From positions 352,293 to 416,292 of the forward strand of contig CAZWPK010000001.1 in assembly GCA_964635905.1 (NCBI GenBank): a stretch of DNA of 64,000 nt. The letters run 5' to 3'. The notes under the pieces were generated by a model. It had not been told where the DNA came from, ran no database searches, and saw nothing but the letters and a program-made list of their open reading frames with translations. Below are positions 28,461-37,033 of this stretch, piece after piece (position 1 is the stretch's first letter; each line of letters opens with the position of its first letter). The position numbers and the translations under genes are program-made. This DNA is from an uncultured Pseudomonadales bacterium. GTDB lineage: Bacteria > Patescibacteriota > Microgenomatia > UBA1400 > UBA12028.

Positions 28461-28713
28461 GGCATTTATTGTCTACATGCTGGAATGTGGTGATCACACC
28501 TTTTATATCGGCTCGACGAGTGACATTTCCAATCGAGTGCATCAGCACAATCACACAGCAGCGGGTGCAAAATATACCAAAGCCCGTCGTCCGGTACGTC
28601 TTGTCTATCAAGAAACCTGTGCAAATTACGCTATAGCAAGAAGTCGAGAAGCAGCCCTCAAGCGCCTGACAAGAGCTCAGAAACTAAAATTGTTCTTCAA
28701 GTCGAATGTTTAA
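28450..28713 (+). CDS. GIY-YIG nuclease family protein (UPF0213/YhbQ-like).
   Basis: FIVYMLECGDHTFYIGSTSDISNRVHQHN...GAKYTKARRPVRLVY. Confidence 0.65.
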   Translation: MSTKAFIVYMLECGDHTFYIGSTSDISNRVHQHNHTAAGAKYTKARRPVRLVYQETCANYAIARSREAALKRLTRAQKLKLFFKSNV

Positions 28714-28771
28714 GCAAACTGTCAGAATCGAGCATCGTTCTGTTCTCTTTAGTTATAGTTCTTGTTAAAGA

Positions 28772-29428
28772 GTGTCTAAGGTAATATTATCTCAGGCTAC
28801 AGGCTTAGGAAGTTTTATGGATGTATCTACAATTTCTGCAACTACGTCCGCAGTAGCACAATTGACCAGCAGGACTCAAGGTTATGGTGCAATTGAGATT
28901 TCTGCTTTTCTCATTTCTTCCGGATTTTTATTTACTTTAGTCAAACTAATTTTTGTGTTGGGGAAAAATCAAAGAAGCTTTGAAGATTTAAAAGAAAGCG
29001 TTAATAAATTGACCCCAGTGGTGACGAGATTAAATAGTTGTGTTCAAGAAATACAGTCAGTCATGAAAAACAGATATAAAACTCTCACCCTTATGCAGGA
29101 AACTATGGACATGTATGGAATTGCAAATAGCCCAATCGTTTTGAAAGAAGAATTTAAACACTATATTCTGGAATCAGGACTTTCAAATCAAATTGAAGAG
29201 AATAAGCCAAAAATTATTGAGTGGCTAAAAAAGAAAAATCCTATAACAGGGCTTGATGCACAAAATTTCCTTATGGATTTTGTCGTCTCCGATAAGATTG
29301 ATAAGTATTTGGACACTAGGGAATTCAAAAAATTACTGTATGACAGTGGAAAAACTGCGAAGGATTACTATTTTATTTTAGCAATTTATTTGTTCGAGGT
29401 AATAATTCCAGAAGTAATTGAAGAATAA
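28772..29428 (+). CDS. Hypothetical membrane protein encoded in an AT-rich segment.
   Basis: 218-aa ORF (GTG at 28772; ATG at 28817). One TM helix, Lys/Glu-rich. Local GC is visibly lower (~30%) than in the flanking genes. Confidence 0.35.
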   Translation: MSKVILSQATGLGSFMDVSTISATTSAVAQLTSRTQGYGAIEISAFLISSGFLFTLVKLIFVLGKNQRSFEDLKESVNKLTPVVTRLNSCVQEIQSVMKNRYKTLTLMQETMDMYGIANSPIVLKEEFKHYILESGLSNQIEENKPKIIEWLKKKNPITGLDAQNFLMDFVVSDKIDKYLDTREFKKLLYDSGKTAKDYYFILAIYLFEVIIPEVIEE

Positions 29429-29596
29429 TGCGTAATCCTATTTTTAGCAGGCACCCATGCCCTTCGGGAGCAACTACTGCAAAATTCTGTATACCATAGA
29501 TTTCATTATTTTGAGAACGAGTGATATAAGTGCAGATTTGCCATCTTCCATTGCAGTTCCTTGCGTGGCTCGCTAGAATGCAAAGACGATTCAAAT

Positions 29597-30487
29597 ATGT
29601 CGCACGCAGCGCGTTTATCCAAACTCCAGCACCACAACAAAAAATCCAAAGAGAAACTGGCGCGTCATTTTCCCCACGCGATGACAAAGCTACAACAATT
29701 AGGTCTCGACTTAAAAGAGTTACGACGTCATACAAGCCGGGTCCTGTCCGCAGCGGCAATTGCCTCGGGTGTGTTTGCCACGGCTCCACTCATCAAAGAA
29801 ATCAGCTTCCCGACACAACAGCAGATGGAGGTCTCAACCGAGCAAAAAACGGAACAACTCAAGATGGGTTTAAAAGCGATCTTGCCCCCGCTCGTCGGTC
29901 CCTTACCCAAAGAAACAGAACAACAGATCTCAAGGCTCGTGAAGTCGACGATCGGCGTGAATGCAGTCGCTTCCCTTAATGGGAATAAGCTGAATACTTC
30001 CTATGGGATCATTGGTGGAGAGCAGCACATGCCCCGTTTTCCCGGAGATACACTGGCGAATCATGATGCATTGCAAGTCAAAGGTATTACTGCCCATCGG
30101 GGAGCGTTTGGATATTTTGCTGACTCTCCCGCTTCGTTATCACAAGAAGCCATTGATCAGGAAAAATACTATGTGGCGGTGCAGACACTGTATTTACCCA
30201 ACTGGAATCAGGAGCATAAGACACTCAAGCAATGGTATAAATTCCGCAAAGTTTTGGTCGTCAACCCAACGACGGGCAAATCGGTAGTAGCAGTAATCGG
30301 CGATGCTGGTCCCGCAGCCTGGACGAAAAAGCACTTTGGTGGATCACCGGAAATCATGGATTATCTTCGTCCTTGGGAACAGCAGAACAAAGGAAAAGTG
30401 CTCCTCTTTTTTATCGATGATTCCCATCAACACATCGCACTCGGACCCGTAGATGGACCCATCACACAATTTATTGCACAAAAATAA
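29597..30487 (+). CDS. RlpA-like double-psi beta-barrel (DPBB) domain protein, a putative cell-wall-active protein.
   Basis: C-terminal block YKFRKVLVVNPTTGKSVVAVIGDAGPAAW resembles the RlpA/expansin DPBB motif (V.V.N..NGksv.vrvnDRGP). N-terminal TM. Confidence 0.4.
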   Translation: MSHAARLSKLQHHNKKSKEKLARHFPHAMTKLQQLGLDLKELRRHTSRVLSAAAIASGVFATAPLIKEISFPTQQQMEVSTEQKTEQLKMGLKAILPPLVGPLPKETEQQISRLVKSTIGVNAVASLNGNKLNTSYGIIGGEQHMPRFPGDTLANHDALQVKGITAHRGAFGYFADSPASLSQEAIDQEKYYVAVQTLYLPNWNQEHKTLKQWYKFRKVLVVNPTTGKSVVAVIGDAGPAAWTKKHFGGSPEIMDYLRPWEQQNKGKVLLFFIDDSHQHIALGPVDGPITQFIAQK

Positions 30488-30488
30488 T

Positions 30489-30848
30489 ATGGCAACTGTT
30501 TTTTACGATCATTTAATTCCCTGGCATAAAGTCGAGGCGTTCATCGTTTCGGTTCAACCCACTGCTGAGGAAAAGTGGGAGCTAATAGAGATCATTGAAG
30601 AAACGGTGCACACCGAGGTTCTCACGCTCGTGCTCTCGCACCTGCCAGAGACGACCCACGCTGAATTTTTAGAGCGTTTTCATGCCGCTCCCCATCAGGA
30701 GGAACATCTGCATTTTCTACGATCACAAAACACAGTGGATGTGGAAGCTACAATTGCTGCAGCTATGGATCTCTTTATCGAAGACTTACTGTCCTCTTTG
30801 CAATCTCCCGACGAAAGTTCTCCAGAGGACGTAGGGAGCGTAGCATAG
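30489..30848 (+). CDS. Acidic hypothetical protein.
   Basis: ATG at 30489 sits right after the upstream stop codon. Glu/His-rich, no motif. Confidence 0.35.
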   Translation: MATVFYDHLIPWHKVEAFIVSVQPTAEEKWELIEIIEETVHTEVLTLVLSHLPETTHAEFLERFHAAPHQEEHLHFLRSQNTVDVEATIAAAMDLFIEDLLSSLQSPDESSPEDVGSVA

Positions 30849-30866
30849 GCAGAAAGGACGAAGAGT

Positions 30867-31250
30867 ATGGGAATTTTGCATGGGTTGCTTGGAAATGCAT
30901 CCGAAGTCGATATTGATCATGTTGAACGAGAACTGCTTCCACTGCTTGCTCCAGCGGAAGATGTGGAGAAAGCGTTTCGCTTAATTCGCGATTTATTTAT
31001 CTTCACCAATAAACGATTAATTCTTATAGACAAACAAGGACTTTCTGGAAAGAAAACGGAATATCATTCCATCCCCTATCGCAGTATCGCGCATTTTTCT
31101 GTGGAATCAGCGGGACATTTTGACCTAGATTCAGAGCTCAAAATTTGGGTTAAAGGGATGTCAAGTCCGCTCATTAAAACATTTCGAAATGGTTCGAATA
31201 TCGTGGGGGTTCAACAAGCTCTGGCAACGTACATGTTTAACTTGGGGTAA
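30867..31250 (+). CDS. Bacterial PH-domain (YokE-like) protein.
   Basis: Pattern LIRDLFIFTNKRLILIDKQGLSGKKTEYHSIPYRSI...DLDSELKIWV matches bPH/GRAM-like domains. Confidence 0.45.
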   Translation: MGILHGLLGNASEVDIDHVERELLPLLAPAEDVEKAFRLIRDLFIFTNKRLILIDKQGLSGKKTEYHSIPYRSIAHFSVESAGHFDLDSELKIWVKGMSSPLIKTFRNGSNIVGVQQALATYMFNLG

Positions 31251-31444
31251 CATGGAAGAAACCATACACAAAGACATGCAGTTAGAGAATATAGAAGAGA
31301 AACTCTCGTTTATAAAATGGAATAGTGTGTAGCATTGCGGGAATTTCTTTCTCAATTTTTGTGCAATTCCTCTACGCAATACAACCGGATGTTGACCATC
31401 TTACCAACATATGAAAATCAACTACAAGTGCTTAATACTGGGGA

Positions 31445-32602
31445 CTAGTTTCGATCGTGTCCAAGTGAGGCATTCATGCGTTGAAGTTGACGAATATCTT
31501 TCTGGAGAACTGTCCATTTTTCAGGGATGATGACTCCTTCTCTACGTAGATACACAAGTACCCGCTTCACAATCTCTGACTTGCTTCCTCCCTTTACTAG
31601 TTCTTGAGCTAATATAGTATAAATATTTGCTTTAAGCGCTATTCTTTTTCGACGATTGATTGATCTGTTAATTGAGAGATTGAACAAATATTCAAGGTAA
31701 GCATTTGCTCGTTGTTCTGTATATTCCAGTCCTCTGATTAATTTAAAATGTTGTGATTCTTTTTCCGAGAATTCACTAATATCTGGAATAAAACTTAAAT
31801 CCAACATGTACAATTTCCCCGTTGGTTTTCCGTCCTCTAACTCAACTTGAAATTGGCCAGGATGGATATCCGTATGAATATAATACGTTCCATGACGTAT
31901 TGGATGTTCAAGCATCTGAATCGTCGCTCTCTCGATAAGCCTTAATGAGTTTGTTACGATTGCTTGATCCCCAGATAATGCATACTGGCGCAATGTACTA
32001 CCATTAACCCATTCCTCCATCTTTATTTTTGGAACTCCACTATATACAAATTCTGGAATAGCAAGTTCTATGTTTGGTAGTGTGACAGAGGATAAATGAG
32101 TTCTAAGTTCCGATCGTTGGCCGTACTGCTCTACGGCATTAATGTCGGCAACACACCACGTTGCAATATCCGCAAATAATCCACTGCTAATCTGGATATC
32201 ACGGATTAATGAAGGATTTTTTTTGACTCGAGGGCGATGACGCAGTTCCGCAACAACAGTATTTATTTCCTGTAACGATTCGCTGATACGAGCTTCCGCA
32301 TTTGGGACTAAAACTTTAATTGCTAATTCTCTAAATGGGACGGTCTGCATGTCGGATGCCGTAAGTGTCGCGCGATATACTCCAGTTAATGAACCTCCTG
32401 CTCCCGTAGCATAAAATCCTTCTAATGACTTGGCAGAGATCTCCAGCCTTTGAAGGCTGGAGGTGAATGCCTGCCCGGAGCGAAGCGGAGGTACAATGTC
32501 ATGATTGATGAGAGAATATAAAACAGGAGCCTCCACAAAACATAGACTGCTAGTACATTTGGTGTGGTGCCCGAAGTATCGACGACGGGTATTGATAGGC
32601 AA
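31445..32602 (-). CDS. ABC1/UbiB-like (APH-like) atypical protein kinase, apparently 5'-truncated or fused by the IS200 insertion.
   Basis: N-lobe GAGGSLTGVYRATL...ELAIKVLVPN. Catalytic-loop-like IHTDIHPGQFQV and LDLSFI. The first ~55 codons of the ORF are antisense to the IS200 left end and tnpA start. No start codon exists between the IS and the conserved kinase N-lobe. Low GC. Confidence 0.45.
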   Translation of the reverse strand: MPINTRRRYFGHHTKCTSSLCFVEAPVLYSLINHDIVPPLRSGQAFTSSLQRLEISAKSLEGFYATGAGGSLTGVYRATLTASDMQTVPFRELAIKVLVPNAEARISESLQEINTVVAELRHRPRVKKNPSLIRDIQISSGLFADIATWCVADINAVEQYGQRSELRTHLSSVTLPNIELAIPEFVYSGVPKIKMEEWVNGSTLRQYALSGDQAIVTNSLRLIERATIQMLEHPIRHGTYYIHTDIHPGQFQVELEDGKPTGKLYMLDLSFIPDISEFSEKESQHFKLIRGLEYTEQRANAYLEYLFNLSINRSINRRKRIALKANIYTILAQELVKGGSKSEIVKRVLVYLRREGVIIPEKWTVLQKDIRQLQRMNASLGHDRN

Positions 32603-32955
32603 AGTAGCCGAACGGTTGAAAGAACTGTTTGAACAATGTTGTCAGATGAATGAATGGGATATTGTAGAGCTGAATGTGCAGAGGGATCACGTTCACCTGT
32701 TAATACAGATCAATCCACGGAACTCAGTAGCAGAGGTTATGCAACGATTGAAAGGTGGGAGTAGTAGAGTGATCCGCATGGAATATCCAGAACTAGAAGA
32801 GTTTTTGTGGGGGGATAGCTTTTGGTGTGATGGCTACTTTGCCGAGAGTGTTGGAACAGTGAACCAGACCATCATCCAAAACTATATTAAAAATCAACAT
32901 CAATCATGAGGTAGGAGTAAAATCCCCGCTCTTCAGAGCGGGGATTACATTAATC
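32430..32955 (+). mobile_element. IS200/IS605-family insertion sequence (tnpA only). Ends are approximate.
   Basis: Y1/HUH transposase gene flanked by a left-end hairpin (ctccagcctttgaaggctggag, 32441..32462), a GGAGCGAAGCGGAG motif, and a perfect right-end hairpin atccccgctcttcagagcggggat (32922..32945). Confidence 0.6.
32508..32909 (+). CDS. tnpA: IS200/IS605-family transposase TnpA (HUH Y1).
   Basis: HRLLVHLVWCPKYRRRVL, RDHVHLLIQINP (HuH), SFWCDGYFAESVG (catalytic Tyr region). The track start 32505 is a TTG; the ATG is at 32508. Confidence 0.85.
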   Translation: MREYKTGASTKHRLLVHLVWCPKYRRRVLIGKVAERLKELFEQCCQMNEWDIVELNVQRDHVHLLIQINPRNSVAEVMQRLKGGSSRVIRMEYPELEEFLWGDSFWCDGYFAESVGTVNQTIIQNYIKNQHQS

Positions 32956-35900
32956 TGTGCCAAACTTCTTTTAAGGTCGGTGCTGCATTCTTCCCCAAGG
33001 CTTCTCTACGAAACGATCGCATCGCGGTGTATTTAAGTTGTCCCCGAACGCTATCAAAGGAACTTTGTAAAGCCTCTTCATATTCTTTTGCAAGATTATG
33101 TGCGACTGTTGCATTTTGCTTGTACCGAACACCCATTGGACCTTTTGAATCGGCAAGAAGAATCATGCTTTCAATCGGAGTATAGCGCTTTGTTTGTGTA
33201 TTTCGCTGTCCTGATCTAAACGAGTGAAGCAGACGTTCTTTTTGAGCTTTGAAATCTTCAATTTCAATACTTTGTCCAACAGTAGTTTCACTCGGATTAA
33301 AATCCAAAATTCTTGTTGCAATCTCAACTCCTAATGTGGCTCCTCTGTCCTCAGTATCAAAGAAGACAATTGGAAGTTCATTTTCATCATTTTCAGTACG
33401 CAAATCTTCTTGCAGTTGTTCCAGATCTTGGCGAACTTCCCGTTCAAAATACATGAAATTGGAAAGATCGAACTGATTTCCACCTACAAACTCCGTGTTT
33501 TTTCCAATCCGATCCGCCGCAGCTGTGTTATCCCCTCGCTTATTTGGTTGAATAAATAGTTGATTTCGTAAAAGACGCATACAGATATCCCCAAGATTTG
33601 TGGGGTGAATCGTTAATGTTTCGTCGTCATGTTTATCAACGGAAAGGATACAAAAGAGTAGATCTTCTACCAATTCATTTGCTGAGGGATCTTTAGATGG
33701 CTCAATCGCTTTACTAAGAACCAGATGATATAGCTTTGTTCGACCTTCTTGAGTTGTAAGTAGACCATTAGGGGCAAATAGCATTCGTCGCAGAAGGTAA
33801 TCGATTTCAGGCTGTGTTAGGGAAGTATAAAAACTGTTAACAAACGTATCGAATGACCTGTAAGAATGGATATCACCCAATAGATATGGATGACCAGTAT
33901 CGTCGAGCATGATTTTTACGTCCCGATTTGAATGGACCGATAGAATCACAGAATGGATCCAAAATGGTGCGAGTAGCTCTCGTAGTTTTGAATCACTACC
34001 CGTGTCCATAGCTGCTTCAAACAGCTCAATTGCATGGTTTCCTAAGAAATAGTCGAACCTCTCATCGGTAGTAGCTAATAAGGTGATTTTTTGTTCTCCT
34101 GTTCGCGTAATGGAATCAATGTTGCGTTGAAATAATGCGTCAAAGCGTTCAAATTCTTCTTTACTATTCATTAATTGTTCTTGTACATAATCCAGAACAT
34201 GAATATTTACTTTACTGTTTTCGAAGAGATAATCAAGAAAAGCAATTGCTTGGTCAAATGTCATCAATTTGACCATGATCATTTCAAACTTGTATTGATA
34301 GTATTCTGTCTCTCGTCTATTTAGAAGTATGGGGAGTAATTCATAAACCTCCCACAACGAATGCAAACTATGCTCATCCAGTTCAACTCTTTTTAGTGCA
34401 TCGATCATCGTACTAAGCAATGGGCCAAGAAAATTTTGTTGGGTGGGTGATTTTCCAATCAGTGTCTCTTCATCGGATTTTCCAAATGCAATAGATGCGA
34501 CACGGCTAATCTGTGTATACAATCTGGAGATTGTAGGATTTTGTTGTAGCACAAATTGGACGTACTCATCTCGAAGAGTAATCAGAATTGGATGAGCATA
34601 GAGTCCATCTAGGGCTGCTGAAGCCGACAGTTCATTACTTGAGCGGTAATTTGCGCTGCGCTTTAACTCCTCTAAGATCGTCCCTAACAGCAATACTCTC
34701 CCAGCAGTTGAAAGTCGAAACGGTTCTACCTTGTCTAAAATGGATCGACATGCCTGTTCAAAATCTGAAGGATCTGGAAGACTGCGTACAAAATCGAATA
34801 CATTTGCGATATAACCAAAACATTCTAGATCATATCTATTCACTCTCAGCGGTTCAGAATGATGTAGAACGGTAATCGTGAACTGTTCTTCTGATGGATT
34901 TGTTTCTGTAGGAATTTCGAACTCTTCAAAAATTTCTGAATAGAGTTGTATTAACCGGGTGTCCTGCGGAATTCTAGTATCAATAAAGGAAGAATCTGGA
35001 GAACAGAATAACGCATGAAGCTCATCTACTGCATACATAGAACCAGTTGCGTGAAGATGCGTTTGAGGTAAATAAGATCTTAAGTGGTCAATGGTGAAAA
35101 AATTTGTAGATTGATATACCGATGCAATATCCCCCGGTTGTATTCCCTCCTGTAATGCCAAATGATAGTCGGACAGAGAAGCGTCCACTCTGGTGAGTGC
35201 TTGAATTAAATGATGTTCAGTTCGAGTTTGGACAAAGGGATCATTCAATGATCTGCTAATGGATCGATAGTATACCTGTACAATCGATCCAATACTCTGA
35301 CTGAAGTCGGCGATCAAACTTCCATAGTTTCTACTTCGACGTAAATGTTTGGTAGTTTCGTGCACTTTTACAAATTGTAAGATGATGGGGAGCAACAATG
35401 TTTCCTCTTGTGAATAGAGATAGTCTTTTGCTTGTTCAAAGTCATTTGATTGAAGTGTTTTTAACTTGATAGTTTGTATTTCTTGAGCCTGAACGATCAT
35501 CGGTTCGACCGTGTGTTTCTGTAATAACTCAGGAATACCGTATGCTTTTTGTCTTCCATTCCGAACCTTAGCAGTTAGAGTCGATAAATAACCTGTAAAC
35601 TCAGTTAGTAAAATATTCCCATCTTGGTCTAAGAAGCAGTCTTGAAATGATGGAAGTAGTAATAACTCATCTAAAATAGAATTCCAGGATTCATCTCCTG
35701 AGCTTTTCAGAGTTTCCCAAAGATGAATTAAAAGAGATCTGGGGTTACTCACAACACTTCGTGTTCTGTGATTTCGGCGAAACTGATGTGCGAATTCAAA
35801 AAATGCTACAAATCTTTCTGGTGTATCAATGCTTTGTAGGAATCGTTGGTGAATATCAATTCCGTTGACAAGATCTAGAGTTTCTGAGTTAGATTTAGAC

Positions 35901-36985
35901 TGCTGTTTTGGTGAATAAAAATTGATAACTGCATCATAAGATGCAAAGGTGATATACAAGCTCCATGTTTTTTCAGGTTCCGATGCAACGAGGACTGTCT
36001 CATCTACGATTCCTTCAATGATTTTTTGCAATTTACTAATCTGATGCTTTATCGTCTTTAGTTCATTTGCATCTGTTAGTTGAGATGAATCAAAGAGCAG
36101 TTGTCTAAGCAATCGATTGAAGAGTGACATTAGCGTAGAAAGGGAGAAAAACGGTAGAAGTTCCTGGATCGCGGGTTCATTATTTGTCGAGATTGCCGTA
36201 AGCAACTGCTTGATACGGCTATCTTTTTCCTCAAGATGTTCAAGTACCCTTGGTTTCGGTGTCGGTTCTTGCTGTGAATGTTCAAAATCATGAAGCTGAG
36301 CTAGGTATCCTTGCCAACTCATGCGATCATACAGGGAGCCATGTGCGAAGTCAGAATTATTATTTCCTGGATTAATAAAGAGTTCAAGTGTGCTTCTGTA
36401 TTCACTCGCTCGGTACCCAGCCTGATCTACTCGAAATGGACTAATTGTTTCGGCTTCCCATTCATGGATTCGTGGGAGAGAAGCAGCCGTGATAGAGTCT
36501 TCAATATCGTGAGTCAAACTTTCCAGGTCATATTGCTTCAAGCCATGCAATTGTTGGACATGTGCTCCTTCATGAGCGCCTATACTTGCAATCTTATCTT
36601 CCGAATTCAACCGATTCATCATCGCTGTAGAGACAAACAATTCTGTTCCCAATGCATAGGCGAATTCTTCATTCGACTTACAAAGCCAAATATTATCTGG
36701 AAGTTGTTTCGCTGAGTCCAACACTCCTAACCCTGACTTACCTTCATAGATGATTCGTTTTAGCTCTTTTACCTCTGGGGATTCCGGATCATACGTTTCG
36801 TAAATTTCCAAAAAGTACTTAATTGCTTTCTTGCATTCTTTCACATACTTTTCCATTGCGTTCACTCGAAGTTCTTCAAGGTAACGTTGATACGCATCCG
36901 ATTGGCGTGCAACAGGTGTCCATTCTCGGTTCTTGTGGTGGATTGACGAAGATTCTCTAGGTGAAATTTCGTGTACAACTGCCAT
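32945..36985 (-). CDS. Giant (1,346 aa) cytoplasmic protein with a single HExxH zincin-like motif and otherwise unknown function. Low GC.
   Basis: Uninterrupted ORF. Motif IGAHEGAHVQQLHG near residue 140. No signal peptide, TM or P-loop. GC is noticeably lower than in neighbouring housekeeping genes. The stop codon abuts the IS200 right-end hairpin. Confidence 0.5.
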   Translation of the reverse strand: MAVVHEISPRESSSIHHKNREWTPVARQSDAYQRYLEELRVNAMEKYVKECKKAIKYFLEIYETYDPESPEVKELKRIIYEGKSGLGVLDSAKQLPDNIWLCKSNEEFAYALGTELFVSTAMMNRLNSEDKIASIGAHEGAHVQQLHGLKQYDLESLTHDIEDSITAASLPRIHEWEAETISPFRVDQAGYRASEYRSTLELFINPGNNNSDFAHGSLYDRMSWQGYLAQLHDFEHSQQEPTPKPRVLEHLEEKDSRIKQLLTAISTNNEPAIQELLPFFSLSTLMSLFNRLLRQLLFDSSQLTDANELKTIKHQISKLQKIIEGIVDETVLVASEPEKTWSLYITFASYDAVINFYSPKQQSKSNSETLDLVNGIDIHQRFLQSIDTPERFVAFFEFAHQFRRNHRTRSVVSNPRSLLIHLWETLKSSGDESWNSILDELLLLPSFQDCFLDQDGNILLTEFTGYLSTLTAKVRNGRQKAYGIPELLQKHTVEPMIVQAQEIQTIKLKTLQSNDFEQAKDYLYSQEETLLLPIILQFVKVHETTKHLRRSRNYGSLIADFSQSIGSIVQVYYRSISRSLNDPFVQTRTEHHLIQALTRVDASLSDYHLALQEGIQPGDIASVYQSTNFFTIDHLRSYLPQTHLHATGSMYAVDELHALFCSPDSSFIDTRIPQDTRLIQLYSEIFEEFEIPTETNPSEEQFTITVLHHSEPLRVNRYDLECFGYIANVFDFVRSLPDPSDFEQACRSILDKVEPFRLSTAGRVLLLGTILEELKRSANYRSSNELSASAALDGLYAHPILITLRDEYVQFVLQQNPTISRLYTQISRVASIAFGKSDEETLIGKSPTQQNFLGPLLSTMIDALKRVELDEHSLHSLWEVYELLPILLNRRETEYYQYKFEMIMVKLMTFDQAIAFLDYLFENSKVNIHVLDYVQEQLMNSKEEFERFDALFQRNIDSITRTGEQKITLLATTDERFDYFLGNHAIELFEAAMDTGSDSKLRELLAPFWIHSVILSVHSNRDVKIMLDDTGHPYLLGDIHSYRSFDTFVNSFYTSLTQPEIDYLLRRMLFAPNGLLTTQEGRTKLYHLVLSKAIEPSKDPSANELVEDLLFCILSVDKHDDETLTIHPTNLGDICMRLLRNQLFIQPNKRGDNTAAADRIGKNTEFVGGNQFDLSNFMYFEREVRQDLEQLQEDLRTENDENELPIVFFDTEDRGATLGVEIATRILDFNPSETTVGQSIEIEDFKAQKERLLHSFRSGQRNTQTKRYTPIESMILLADSKGPMGVRYKQNATVAHNLAKEYEEALQSSFDSVRGQLKYTAMRSFRREALGKNAAPTLKEVWHRLM

Positions 36986-37033
36986 AGTTGTAAGCTCTAA
37001 AAAAAGTATTATAGGGTAACACTGGCATAAAGT

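Noticed and set aside
29440-29480. CCCTTCGGG mini-hairpin after the 28772..29428 gene as a terminator
   Set aside because: A 3-bp stem without a following T-tract is not convincing as a Rho-independent terminator.
32971-36715. Plus-strand ORFs 33249..33476, 34588..34875 and 36311..36715 inside the giant gene
   Set aside because: They are embedded antisense within the uninterrupted 1,346-aa minus-strand ORF and have no RBS or motifs. The same reasoning applies to 15330..16025 inside GH81, 17446..18541 inside the GT2 gene and 19434..20029 inside the large membrane protein.
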